From Glaucostegus cemiculus (taxonomy: Eukaryota), in the NCBI GenBank assembly GCA_976551045.1, contig CDPCPM010000370.1:1550001-1614000 (forward strand): a stretch of DNA of 64,000 nt, in the 5' to 3' direction. Below the pieces are notes generated by a model, which searched no databases, had not been told where the DNA came from, and saw only the letters and a program-made list of their open reading frames with translations. The translations under genes and the position numbers were made by a program. Positions 13,710 to 26,343 of the stretch are shown here, one piece after another. Position 1 is the first letter of the stretch; the number at the start of each line of letters is the position of its first letter.

Positions 13710-14585
13710 CATGCTCGAGAACTACCTGCTTTCAGCGGAGTGACATCGCAAAAAATGTGGTGAATTAGATTGTCAGTTTTCATTTGACCTCCTATTTGTA
13801 ATTGTGCTGGATGGTTGCTGGATAGTTTTCTGGCGCCAAACGCTCGCCTTCATACAGACAGCACCTACTCGTCCATTATCAACAAAAATACCAACTGCTG
13901 GAAATCTAACAGGATGATGTGTCCTTTGGAGAATTTGCTTCCGGTCCCGTCCCGGCATATTTGATATCCTCAGTAACACGAGAGTCTGCAGAAGGAACAT
14001 GTACTGCGCTCGATAGCGGTGTTTGTTTCATCTGTATGTTTCATTGATGCTGCTGGAAAAAAAGCGGTGCACTGTTGAATTGGATTGTTTGCTTCAGGTA
14101 AAATTCAGGACAATTCCCCAAGGCGGGATCAACATGAAGTGAAAGTAAAGGAAGAAAAATTCAAAAGCAACACCATTTCTGCCAATCTGAATACTCTCTG
14201 ATGTCCACCAGACCTGAACAATACCAGATAGATTATTTTGCAAAGGGAAGCCACCTGTCACAATTTCCCCATCTTCTTCACAAACATAACGCGAGTTTCA
14301 CGTGAGGATTGTCGATGATGCATTTGCAGATACCGCCATCCGTTGCTATCAATTGGCTATCCCGGCGTTTCAAAAGTTTTCCAGTCTGAGTTGGCAGTAT
14401 TACCGTCCGAGTAACAACCAAACCAAGAGTGAATCGACGAATCGACCGGCGAAGTTCATGAAGGCGAGTTGGCGGGTAATAATACACCTCAGGCTGACAC
14501 ATGTTCATTCTGAAGAGGATATAACTCTGTCTCTCTGGGTCGGTCTGTGTTTCCTTCTGCTTCTCCGTCTCCCGCTATCCCTCTG

Positions 14586-14587
<2 letters not shown>

Positions 14588-14662
<75 letters not shown>

Positions 14663-14664
14663 CT
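14588..14664. repeat. (CT)n/(CTAT)n microsatellite
   Basis: Directly visible. Confidence 0.95.
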
Positions 14665-17522
14665 GTGTAGGTCAGCATGAGTGGGCATGCTGTTTATCTT
14701 GGTCTTCAGAGCGGTCCGAAAGGTAATGATAACCTAACCTCTGATTGCTAGGGCCCGACCGCAGACCAGTACGGTCCATCGTTTCATGGCGCCCTGCTTA
14801 TTCTCTGGGTCAAAGGGCAAAGGCAGCATTTGACGGTGTTGCTCAATATTTGTATGCGCCTGATCATAGCAGGTGGATGAGTGCCGAGTCCAAATACTCA
14901 GTAAATTTACGGGCGATTTAAATCTGACCTGATTGAAGGAAGAGCCCAAAAAATTAGGAGTGTGTTTGGTCTTTGTACGCGAGTGTGTGCGTTATAGTAT
15001 CTTTTGTTGTACCTTCAGAATAAAATGATCCAAACCATAGGTGCAGCAATGAAACGTTTGCAAACGTGAGACAACGTGTGCTTTTGAGATTTTAAAAGAG
15101 GTTTGTTCTTACTCAATAGTAGAGCAGTGTCTTTTCATGTGTCAATCTTCATTCGCATTGCACGAACAATCAGGGTAAACAGTCATATCAGCAGTGGCAT
15201 TCCACTCGTGCAGTGTGATACTTTGTAGCCCTTTTTTGTGCCATGAAATGCAGACGTCTATTTAACGTCAATATTTATGATTCAGCCGCAATATCTCTTG
15301 AACTACGAAAGCAGTTTGTTGTGAACAACAGAGCAGCGCTGTTATTCCGACCTGCCACATTTGATCTGGCGACTCCACACAGGCGAGGCATGATGATTAG
15401 TGAGGTTTAGTGTCTTCTGGTAGAGAAAATTAGAATTTATCCTCGATAATATCACATGCAGTTCACTGCGGCAGTCTCATTCTCCATGTTGCTTTCCAAA
15501 CACAACCACCAACTTCACCAAATCCCACTCAGAAAATGTGTACAAGCAAGACATACAAAATGAAAATTTATTCTCATGAGACTGAACCACACTGCAGATT
15601 ATATTAAAGAAACTGAGGTATTTAGCATTCCTGTATATCTGCTATAAAATTTTCTCCCCTCTTTTCATCGACAGACCCAGTCAAGAGATGACTACGTACA
15701 GACATTAAATTTAGGGTTGTACAATGGCTTGTTCCCGTCTCCACTCTGTGCAGTTGCAGGCACTTACTCCGTGACCTCTGGTGGAGAAAATTAGAATTTA
15801 TCCTCTAGAATCTCACATGCAGTTCAGTGCGGCAGTCTCATTCACCATGTTGCTGGAAAATGAGAAGGGCGACCGATTTCACTTCAACAGCCAATGGCAT
15901 TACCGTCACTTCCCGGATCACTTGCAGCTGAGCTGCAAGCAATTTCTGCCCCTTTACGCAGTCTCCAAGCAGCGTAAACCTGTAAGCTTAACGTCTGCCT
16001 CTTGCGTTTGTTGCCTGGCTCCCTAACTTTGTCTTGGTGTGATCGCTGCAGCCAGACGGTCACTCAAAGTCTGGTCGGCATTGGTTGCATCAGCGGGAAA
16101 GAGCTCAAGGTGTCCGATCTCTACGCCGCCAGAACATTGAAAAGGATACAGCGTAACAGACTTATCTAGAATTATGTTCGAATACCTGATCACTCTCTTC
16201 TTCATCACATCATTTCTAAGTAAGAGTTTTCTTCCCAGTGGAAATAATCCTGACTTCCGTGATTGTTTAATTTTGATAGTTGGAGAGAGAGCACTCCATA
16301 AAGCGAAGAACGACCTCTTTAAGTTACTCCTCTTTAAGTAACGCAACTGTATCACCAACTGAACCTAAACGTGCAGCTTGGGAATCATGAGCAAATGTGT
16401 ATTCGAGTAAGAAGAAGGAATGCGTGCCAAAAAGCGCTGCTGCCCCCCCCCCCCCCCCCCGAATAAGATACGGAACATGACCAAAAGAGGAACATGTTTT
16501 GGAAAAGACATCCCTCAATGATCTTGGTTCATACTTTCATTGGATGGCGCAATTTTACTCCGGACCAACGCTGCATGAACATGCCCTGTCTCCTGGCTGA
16601 TTTGCGAGAGACTGCGTTTCCTCCAAGCAGCTTTTTGTTTCTTTTCCCCCTTTCTCCACTGCCCTTCAACCACCGGTCAGATGCAGCAAGCCCTTCAGGG
16701 ATATGCTTTTCTCCCGGTTTTCTCGGTTGACAAACTTTGAGGTAAGTCATTTGTTTTCCAGTGCCGTATAATTGGAAAACAATGAATGTGCGACTCTCTC
16801 TGATAAGGACAGTCCAGCGAGTCTGCAGGGAATCACAGAGAACGTGAACGTGTGGCCAATACCGTGGAAAATACGACACAAGATGCGAAATGGGAAATTG
16901 TCCGCTGCGGTTCAAACCAAAGCAGAACATTTATTTGAATAGTGAGGGATAAACATGGATCCCTGTGATACCCCATTTTCCACAGTCCCACAAGCTGAAC
17001 GTGTTTCTACACTCTTTGCTCTTTGTCCCACCCAACGTGCGCTGGAAGGTAGGTAACCGTGATTGCATGGTTGAGACAAAGGGTGAAAATCCAGTCAGCA
17101 CCTCCTGGGTTGAGGGAGAGCTTGCAATCCCCTTTCGAGCACCTGCCGGTACGTAAACAGGCGGGGGCTGGTTTCTGTCGTCACGAGACTCAGAACAGAG
17201 CCATACTCCAGATGTACTGGGCCAACGTCCCAACAACGACAAACACCAATTATGCGACCAGTCTTACGACTCATTGATGTCAAGCTAAGGTCAGCGCTAG
17301 CCTACCCTGATAGGACAACTCCGCCCACACATTCAGCGTTAGATGAACGTGGGAGGGGCTTTCAAAGCCGGCTCAAAGACAAGAAGCAAAACCAGAACGT
17401 TAAACTGTCTCTCTAAAAATCTGTCGTGAAGTGTCTCAGCTCAACCCTTGGGCACGGTCTGCCGGAGCGGTCCAGACCGTGAACTCCCAGTCACACAAGC
17501 CAGGTGTCCCGGACACAAAGCG

Positions 17523-17565
17523 ATGAGAATACTCTGGGTTTTCATCCTATGCTTCTATTTGCAGC
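17523..17565 (+). pseudogene. Leader exon of NAR-TCR V
   Basis: ATG...MRILWVFILCFYLQ, phase-1 donor GTGAG at 17566. Confidence 0.85.
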
Positions 17566-17656
17566 GTGAGTACTGCTCACACACGCTCATGCTGTATGAG
17601 TTTAATATTAAATCTGCCCGAACTATGCCGAATTTAAAACGCTGTCCCTGTTTTAG

Positions 17657-18008
17657 CCCCGATCCCTGTTTCGCCTATCTCTTTCAGTCAGTCGGTGACC
17701 CAGACCCCGACAGCGGTGAACAAGATGGAGTGTCATCTGTCACCATCACGTGTCATTTCCAGTCTGGGTCTAATGGTGAATACCGTTTACAAACTGGACA
17801 ATTCTTCAGGCAGGCGCAGGACGGAGCAGAGTGGCAGCGGATCACCAGCAGAGGACGGTTTTCTGTGCGGATTAAAAACACAGAGATGACATTTTCGTTG
17901 GATATTCGGGATTTGAAAGTTGAAGGCAGCGCCATCTATTACTGTCAAGCTGCGTACAAGTGGCGAGAAACACAGTGATGGGCCTAGGCTTCCCGAAGTA
18001 CAAAAACC
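17657..18008 (+). pseudogene. NAR-TCR V exon (1-nt frameshift) with 22-RSS
   Basis: Acceptor TTTTAG at 17656; PPIPVSPISFSQSVTQTPTAVNKMEC, frameshift near 17734, then SVTITCHFQ...FFRQAQDGAEWQRITSRGRFSVRIKNTEMTFSLDIRDLKVEGSAIYYCQAAY. Short C'/C'' region as in NAR V domains. RSS CACAGTG-22-ACAAAAACC (17971-18008). Confidence 0.85.
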
Positions 18009-18329
18009 TTCAATGCAGTTTCTCCCAGCAACAGATGAAGGAGCAGAGTGAGCCTGCGGTTAAGGCCACAGTCCCGCCTCGCACCTGCTGCTTCCCTGGC
18101 TGGGTGAAAAGATTGGGTTGTTGCAGTTAAAATCCTGGGTCTTCTCACTGCGTACTCTGCGCCATGGCGCCAGCTGTACTGACACTGTTGTCAATCAAAG
18201 GCTATAGGGAACGAATGAACCTGGTTCGGTATCCCCCATCTCCAGATGGGATCCTGTTTGAACAGCTAGAAATTGCAAGCGCAGTCGTGAGTGTTTAACT
18301 CCTGCAAGCCCGTTTTATCGAGTTCCAGG

Positions 18330-18401
18330 GGATTTGAAACTGACATCAGCTATTGTGTTAACTTGGGGAAATACACAGTAGAAGAGATCTGAGCACACAA
18401 T
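18330..18401 (+). other. NAR-TCR D segment (18358-18373) flanked by 12/12 RSS
   Basis: GGATTTGAA-12-TATTGTG [TTAACTTGGGGAAATA] CACAGTA-12-GCACACAAT; lies between the V and J. Nonamers are weak. Confidence 0.7.
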
Positions 18402-18706
18402 GCCTCAAGTTAAAATTTATATTCTCTGGGTTCGGAAACAATGATTATATGGTGATTTTTCACTCTCTGGCTAGGTAATTTCATTCTAATTTCACGCTTC
18501 CAGTCATTCTTTGCTTCACCCGTTTTCTGTGTTTGTCAATCGAGCTCAGTGCAATGATCGACCGCAATTTTACTGACGAGTTGCTTTCTCACAGGGAACA
18601 GGTCAATCTACTGTGGGAATTGTGGAATGTATCATGTGCTTTCCTGCAGACCGTCAAGTCTTCAGAAAGTATTGATGGTGTTTGCTGCGTAGAATGAGGT
18701 GAGGAT

Positions 18707-18805
18707 CGTTCTTGTACCTTGGAGACTAATAACGGGATCAGTGTGTGTATGTGTGGAAGACTTATTATGAAGATGGAGCAGGAACGACGTTAACTGTCAC
18801 AGAGA
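18707..18805 (+). other. NAR-TCR J segment (18746-18805) with 23-RSS
   Basis: CGTTCTTGT-23-CAGTGTG, then YVWKTYYEDGAGTTLTVTE and GTAAGT donor at 18806. G-x-G-T without the preceding W/F, as in NAR-type J. Confidence 0.85.
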
Positions 18806-20173
18806 GTAAGTATCTATAAACCTTGCCAAATTGTACGCTCTCGCCGGCAATCGTCAGTGTCATTTCATGTTCGGACCGATTGCCAACAGTTTCCTTTAAG
18901 GTGGTGCAGGCGTAATTTCTAAACAGGTATCTGCAAAGTGGTCCTGAGGAGACGTGGGGAACGCTACTGGCATCCGGGCGTGTGACTGGACAGCGGAGAT
19001 GTGGAACACATCGGGAATAGGCGTATTTGGGTTTCTTATCTGCTGGTGTTGTCAGCGATACCTGCAGCTCAGAAGATTAATAAATATGAAAATATAAACA
19101 GACGCACCTGAACAGAAGGGTGCAGAATAAGAGTCACGGGTTAATTCACAGAATGTGAAGGTGGTTTTCAAGTTCACAGGTAGCTATTTCTGAGGTGTGG
19201 GGCAGACGTACCGGTGTCAGTGTTGTTCACAGCGCAGCCAGATTGACTGGAGGTGCGAGCGGATGTCATGAGAGTTATGAACCTGTGAAATTGGTCAACA
19301 CTCACTAGGTATTAGAGGACTGAGTGTTTATCCCTTTATTATTTACAATCTGCAGCAGGGAAGTAACTGGCGAGCTTCTCCCTGTGAGTCCATCCGTTCC
19401 TCTTGTAGAAAGGGCAGAGAGTGAACCGAACCGGCAACTGACAGACTGTGAGAAAGGTTCTCTGCAGAGCAAGGGCTGAACCGCAGGCAGCAAAATGTGA
19501 GCGACCGAGATGCGGAATGATCACGAAACCAACTGTATCTTATTGAAATGAAACTAGGATGGAGAGATTCATATTCCATTCATTTTCTTTTAAGAAAAGC
19601 GAAAGGAGCAGTGTTTTTTTTATCGGCATATGTTAAAGTGCTCTTGAAGGTGAACCCTTGCTCCACAGATGATCAGTGTCCGCTTGAGTCAGTCATTGAA
19701 TTGTTTCGGATCTTGCAATGCACTGGGCTACAACAACAACAACAACAACAAAATAAAATGTCTGGAAAAATCTTCCATCACTAAGAGGAATACATGCTGA
19801 GGACAATATTTCTTCTGATTTGTCCTTCATTACGAGACATGATAACAGCTGTTGAAAAATAAATGACTGAGATTTGCAGAACAGAGAAATGTAATTCCGC
19901 CAATTTTCCGAGTACCTTCTCTGAATCTGTCCACCTTTTTAACTTCATATAGCTTCAAATTTCTCCAGATACGTTTCAATAATTGCAGATTTTCCCCATT
20001 GGCCATATGTCGTTGAGTTCCCTACCACAGCAATTTGAGAGAATCATTGACAATAGTTTGCCAAAATTTCAAATGAAGCGAAGCGTTTTAAAATGAAATC
20101 TCGTTTTGTTTGCAATGCTTTTGCAAACAATCATCGGGAAATCAGCAACAATAATCCCTTTGAATTCTTGCGG

Positions 20174-20514
20174 GTCCCATTTCCCCGGGGTCTAAAAGTC
20201 TTATTCTTCAATCTTCTGCTGGCGAAACAGTCACTTTGAGCTGAAAATATTCCGGGTTTTTTCCACACACTGTACACTGGTATCGTCATTTTCCAGCCCA
20301 GGCTGTCATATTCCTGCTCCAGAGACACACTTCAGGAGAGCAGGATACGAGAAAGGCGGATGGAGGACGAATTTCTGCGATCCTTGATCCTGGAAAGAAA
20401 GTCTGCCAATTAACAATCTCCAAAGTGCAACTGAGTGATGCGGCTGTGTATCACTGTGCACTAATTCACGCACAGCACAGTGATACATCACATTGGGTGA
20501 ACTTAACAAATACA
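20174..20514 (+). pseudogene. Leaderless supporting TCRdelta V of the NAR-TCR cassette, with 23-RSS
   Basis: SPISPGSKSLILQSSAGETVTLS*KYSGFFPHTVHWYRHFPAQAVIFLLQRHTSGEQ...GGRISAILDPGKKVCQLTISKVQLSDAAVYHCALIHAQ. TGA at the first Cys (20242), acceptor reads CGG, phase matches the J donor. RSS CACAGTG-23-ACAAATACA (20476-20514). Confidence 0.85.
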
Positions 20515-22002
20515 CCAGTACGGTGGATTAGAGACACACAGCGCCGAAGAGCTAATGGAGAGCTGTACAAAAACTCAGTATGTTGGATCAGCACACACGC
20601 CACTGTCGAACACCGAGACAACTGCAAAAACTTCTGTGCGGTGGAGATTATTGCATAGCGTGGAGACCGAAGGAAGCGAAAGAGATTACAGCATTAGCCA
20701 CATTTGGTCTAAAAGTGACAGTACAGTTAAACGACGGTTAAAACAATCAGAATCCTTCCATGCAACTGAAGCAAAATTGATTCATTTTATGCTGCAGTAC
20801 CATGACACCTTATCTATGAAATACCCATGTTCATATCTCATGTAGAGTGACGTACTTCCAACACCAGATAAGACACATAGTTCCAATCAGAACAGCCGCC
20901 AATTTCTCCGAGAGATATCTGAGTTTCCTTTGATAGGCGCAAATGGTGATGATTCGATAGAAGGTGTAATCGATCATTAACCAAACTCAAATGTCTTGAG
21001 AGCCAGTCAGCAATCCGGAGCGACGGAGAGCCAGTTAATAGGGATATAAATCGCCTGAAGCCGGCTTAATAACACAGCGGATAAGATGGTCATGAATTTC
21101 GACACCGCCATTAAGTGATGGATTCGGAGAGGCGGCCCTTTCATGGGGAGAGAATCACAGTCGTCATTATAGTCAGTGAAAGTCACAAGGAGAGATCGGA
21201 GAAACGAAGGACTGCAGATGCTAGATGAAAATCGGTATGATTCCGAGGAACTCAGCAGACCAGGGAGAATCCGTGGAAAAAAGCAGACAGTAAATGTTCC
21301 GGGTCAGGACACTTCTGAAGGACCAGAGATTAGAGAACTGCGAATCAGTCTGCACACATTTATTGAGGCTCTGGAATGAAATTTGAAAATTGAGTAGTTG
21401 ACCAAGCAATTGCGTAGAAAAGAAATTCACATCTCTTCAATTATTGTGTCCGTTATATAATTATTGACTCTTTATGTTACATGTCACATTGTACATATCT
21501 CTATCGTACATCTCACATGAGGTGATCGCCTTATTTGGAAACAACTTAATGATCCAAAGAATTAGCTCTCCTTCACACCGTACAGATACTCTGTGATCTT
21601 CTGTCTTTTTCGTTAACTTTCAGTTCCCTTTCAACTTCCAGCATTTCCAGTATTAGTAGTATTTTGTGTTCGTATCGAGGTTTATATGGAAGTGTACCCT
21701 TTTACAGCAGCCCCTACCTCTGTTCAAATTCCACTAGTTGTGATCATACTGGGTGAATTCACTCTTTTAAACGAAATGGTCCAGTATTACAAGGGGATAA
21801 GCAGTACTCAGTTCCTATGTAGATTGTGTAGTCATTGCTAAAATGCATCCGGTCCCTCCGAAGGCTGGTCCAAATTCTGGTCATACTGCAACTGCGGCAC
21901 TTGAGCTGGGTCCAATGACTCCTCCAACTCTGTTCGTCCATCTTACACCAGGCCTATTCATTGATCACTTCACATTCGGCACTGATTTGCTATCGGCTCA
22001 AC

Positions 22003-22370
22003 ATTTACTGTACGAGGATGAAACCCGTTCCCATCACTCTGTTTACTGCACTGTAATACATCGCCGTATCAGAGAGCCGCAGCGCCGGATTGGTCAATCG
22101 ATACTTCCTCTTGGACGTCTGGACTGCAAACCAGCCTTTCGCGAAATCTGCCTGAGCTTCATTGTCGCCGTTTATGCCTCTCTGGTCTACAAGCTCGGCC
22201 CGTCCGCCTGGATACTGGCGGTACCAGAATAAATAATAAACATTACTGGCGGTACCAGAATAAATAATAAACATTACTGTGGTAGGTGTAGGTTAACGTA
22301 ATGTGTTCTCCCTCAGTCCGTGTGAGCGCGATGTCCCGCTGAGTGACGGAATCAACATCACTCAGTGTAA
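22003..22370 (-). pseudogene. TCR alpha/delta-type V pseudogene
   Basis: DSVTQRDIALTRTEGEHITLTYTY..YYLFWYRQYPGG...ADFAKGWF...LRLSDTAMYYSAV. Both Cys lost, 31-bp internal duplication, RSS CAGAGTG-23-ACAGTAAAT (22041-22003). Confidence 0.85.
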
Positions 22371-24246
22371 AGATCAACAAATATTTACAACTTCCAACTT
22401 GAAAGATAATTGGTGGAACAGCTCGCAGGCTCTCCTTCACATAAAAGTAAACAGACCATTTAAAAGAATTCAATGGCACCTCTCTGTGCCCTACACCACT
22501 TTCCACAACTCCTCTTCACTTCCAGTCAGCTGGTCCAGATTCCCTTCTCTCGCTGAGGTCATCGTTTTCATGAAACGCATATTATTCTTCTTCAGTACTC
22601 CATGGAGAGTTACACCATCTTGACTTACTCAAATGAAGGAGTTTTTCCTGACTGTGTCGTCGAATTTGTCAGCGACCACAGATCTGATGCTCCTGCTCAT
22701 CTGATGTAAATATCACAGAGGTGGCGTATTCTCTCCAAGTCCATCTATCGGAAACCTCATAATACGATTGTTCTCTCTGGCCATTCTTCTTATGAGGAAA
22801 TATTTCACCCCCATTGTATAGTTCCTTCTGCTTACAACATCGTATATTTCTTATGTAAGAGTTGTTTAACATTTATTTACTCTGAGATTATACGTCTGGG
22901 CAGCTGGAATGTCCGCTGTACCCTGGGACGTTGGTGAAAACTTAAACTCTTTTGTCTCCTTACGATTGATTGTCACACAGAGCGCAGCGATTGCATGGAG
23001 TCTCACTTTGCTGCTGCCAACAGCCAGAACAATGACTGTCTCAACGATCTGCGGGTCATGAATCAGAGGGCGAAGAGGGGCCACTGGGATGATACAACGT
23101 CACTTGCTGAGGAGCACCAATCAGAAAGGTGTAGCTCCGTCTTTGGTTGGTTAATTCTGGGTCCCTTCTGAAGATCAAGTCACGTTTTGATTTCATATAA
23201 TTCAGACCGTAAATTTGGTGGTTAAAAGAGAAGGTCTCAAAAAGAAACGAAAGCATCGAGACCAGTTCTCAAAGACAGGACAGACATGTTGACATCCAGA
23301 AATTTAGAATTATTTTCATTTTTATCGATAATTTAATATTTGTTGCTTTTTAAATATATGGTACTGGGTTATTTTTATCATTATATTATATAATACAATT
23401 AATTTAAATTTATAAAAAAACCAAACGATAATTTATGGATAATAATGATCTCTTTATCTAAACTAAGCCTCATCCTGATATTCCAAAACGCTTTGACAGT
23501 TGCTTTTGTTTCGCTTCTGCTGGCTGCACTCTGTTCATATTGATCTGGTATGTATTACACAGGCGAATTTTTTGCATGAAAGAAGAATAAATGATCTGAA
23601 GAATGAACTCTCCTTGAAACTGTACAGATGTCGCCTGATCCTGTGAGCTTATCTTTCATTTTCATGTTCTTTTTGTTATGTCCAACATTTGCGGTATTTT
23701 GCCTTTGTATCAGGATTTATGTTAAAATGCACCTTAACACTACAGCCACTACTTCTGCCCATGTTGTATCTTCCATGCACAGGCAGGATTAATTCACTGC
23801 TTTAAATTAAATTAACACATGTCACAGCAAGTACAGCGACAGTATCCGACTCCTGTTTAAACATGCCAAAGTCACTGCTGAAATCCACCGCTCGCTCCTA
23901 AACCATGTCCAGACTCTCACCATCTTTCAACAACGACTCTAAAGCTAGGCCTGGGGACTGCTCCAATTACTCAAAAACCTGAGAGACAACTTGATATTCA
24001 GACAGGTAGGTCTGGATATCAGATTTTGTCAGAGAGATTTTGTCAGAGGGAGATTTTAACCCCACGTTTACCATGGAGAAACACTGGCCCTGCAGCTGAC
24101 CGAACAGTCCTCTTCGGCACCAATTACGCTTAATAGCCAGTTCACATGATAAAGGTAAAAACAGAAATAATGGGAACATTCAGCATCTCCAGCAGCTTCT
24201 GCGGAAAGGAATGTCAACGTCTCTGGTACCGCACTCGTTGGTGCTT

Positions 24247-24262
24247 TGCTGCCATCTGGTGG
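24247..24262 (-). promoter_or_regulatory. CTCF-like motif
   Basis: CCACCAGATGGCAGCA on the - strand; a weaker one (AACCATAGGGGCGCTG, -) at 24468-24483. Confidence 0.55.
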
Positions 24263-24912
24263 AATTGACTCCATTTGCTTCCAGACAATTATAAATGCAA
24301 CCCCGGGCGCCTTCACGGCCCAACAACCTTGACTCTCAAAATCGATACTCCAGCAACGTAATTAATTGAGAAGTTATTCAGAGAAAAACAAAGTTTCATG
24401 CAGTCACAGACGCCGAATTATACTGCGCTGGAAGCTGTTTGATGTTTCCAGATTTCTAAATCAAATCCAGCGCCCCTATGGTTTTTGCCAGAAATCCACC
24501 AAAATGAATAAAAACTGTAATTATCTCCATTGTTGCGCGAGCGATCCATTTCTCTCCCACTCTACCTGCCGGATCAGTGAGCAAGCACAGTATGATCACA
24601 GTACTCTCTTCGACAACCAAGAACTACCTCCAATTCCACTCACCACTCTGATGTGCTGCGCAATTTTCGTCAACAAGCACGGACTTTGACCTATTTGGTT
24701 TTGACATTGGAGACCGCCCCGCCCACAATTCGTTTCCTGGTCTCAGTTTGTTCGCCTTTTTCTGCCCTGTGTCATTGGAGAGTTGAAACCGTGAGCTGCT
24801 GCTTGTGATTGGTCGGCTAAGTAGGGCAGTGAGGACAGAGTATTTCTGTTTCTGCACCGACAGAGCGTTTACTCTCTCTCGCAGCAGAAATACAGACTCA
24901 GGGAGTGTCATC

Positions 24913-25417
24913 ATGAATAACCGCCTCACGCCGCTGTTCATTACCGTATCACTTCTTTGTAAGATGGTTCTTCCCAGTAAAATTCCAGACTCTGTGAACC
25001 CGTTATTGCGATTGAAGGAATCACGATTTTCGAGGTAATGATTGTGACTGTTCTATTCGTTCTTTCACTTTTATGCTGGAGCCTTCAAGACACAGCAGAA
25101 CAGTCTGTGGGTGAAATGACGTTCGAAGAGGAAAGTAATATTACTCTGAACTGCACCTTGCAAACAAGCAGCGTATTACCAAATAGTTTCTGGTACAGTC
25201 AGGTCCCTCTGGAGCCCCCAAAGTACCTGCTTCGGATTACCGCAAGGACAGAATACAGAGACAGTTACCTATCCGGTCGATTTTCTTCTACATTCGATAA
25301 AACAACAAAATATACCGAGATAACAATTCGCAAAGCCGTGATCTACGACGCTGCCATCTATCTCTGCGCCATGACCCCTACATTGCTGCAGAACTTCACT
25401 GAACCTGAACAAAAACC
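24913..25417 (+). pseudogene. TCR alpha/delta-type V gene with open frame but broken acceptor and heptamer
   Basis: Leader MNNRLTPLFITVSLL (24913-24958, GTAAG donor). V exon 25075-25378: QDTAEQSVGEMTFEEESNITLNCTL...WYSQ..PPKYLL...GRFSS...DAAIYLCAMT. Expected acceptor reads AT at 25073-74. RSS TACATTG-23-ACAAAAACC. Confidence 0.85.
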
Positions 25418-26245
25418 CACCCTTAGCGATTCAACGGGAGATCGCTCGAGGGTGATTCGCTCAACGGAATAGAACGACTGAAAATGGAAGGGGAATACAA
25501 ATTGTAAATCATGTCGGAAGGTACAATATGATGTTGTTAAATGATGTTAATGCGAGTTCGCCTCGTCGGCAGAATGTCAAACTGCCAGTCTCATGAATAT
25601 TTTCTCTTCCTGATCGCAGTAACTGTGTTCAAACCTCCTTGACGTTAAGTGACTCCACTGTGTCATTTAATTTATTCGAATATTAATCTCAAATATGACG
25701 TTACCATAGTGACTAATTGGAATAAGTGAACTCTTCGCAGTGACTGGGAGAGAAAGGAGACGAATACTGTTAAAAACGGCGCCCGTTTTCTCATGAGACC
25801 TTTTTCCCACCAACGGCCAGTAAGGACCCAAGGAGCAGTGACCTCACCGCAGAAATTACGTGGTGTCAGACAGTTGATGATATCAATCGACACTGAAGCA
25901 AATTCCATCCTGAGAGACTTACTAGAGTCGGATATCCAGATACATTCCTGGACACATTCCGTGGAATTTACCTATCGCTTTATATTGTATGCAAGAAAAT
26001 GCAGAAGGAAAATATCGCAATGTGGTTGGACTGATCATATATTCAAGTGAAAGCACAGTGCAATTCACAATGCAGATGGCACGTACTCTCAGCAGTCAGA
26101 TCAATTTCTGTGTGAGCAGTGTTGAGATCTGGCGTCCTGACTGAGTGTCGTTTTGTGCATGTGTCCAAAAACAAGCTGAACAACTTCGAATTACTCGGTG
26201 GAATATATGTCAACGGTGCCGATGAGATTGAAAGAACGGACAGTG

Positions 26246-26343
26246 TTTAATCTATCCATTGCCCTTCTTATTTAGGCAGGGAGTTCTCTTTAACCTATTC
26301 AATGCCCTTGTTATTCAGGCAGGGAGTTCTCTTTAATTAATCC
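26246..26343. repeat. 43-bp tandem duplication (about 2.3 copies)
   Basis: TTTAAtCTATcCAtTGCCCTTcTTATTtAGGCAGGGAGTTCTC repeated with a few mismatches. Confidence 0.85.

Noticed and set aside
14302-14530. ORF with faint V-like spacing (WQYYRP...LRLTHVHSEED)
   Set aside because: No second Cys/YYC and no RSS; it runs into a microsatellite.
17523-18805. IgNAR cluster interpretation of the V-D-J
   Set aside because: Only one D found, no IgNAR constant exons, and it is followed by a leaderless Vdelta, which is the NAR-TCR layout.
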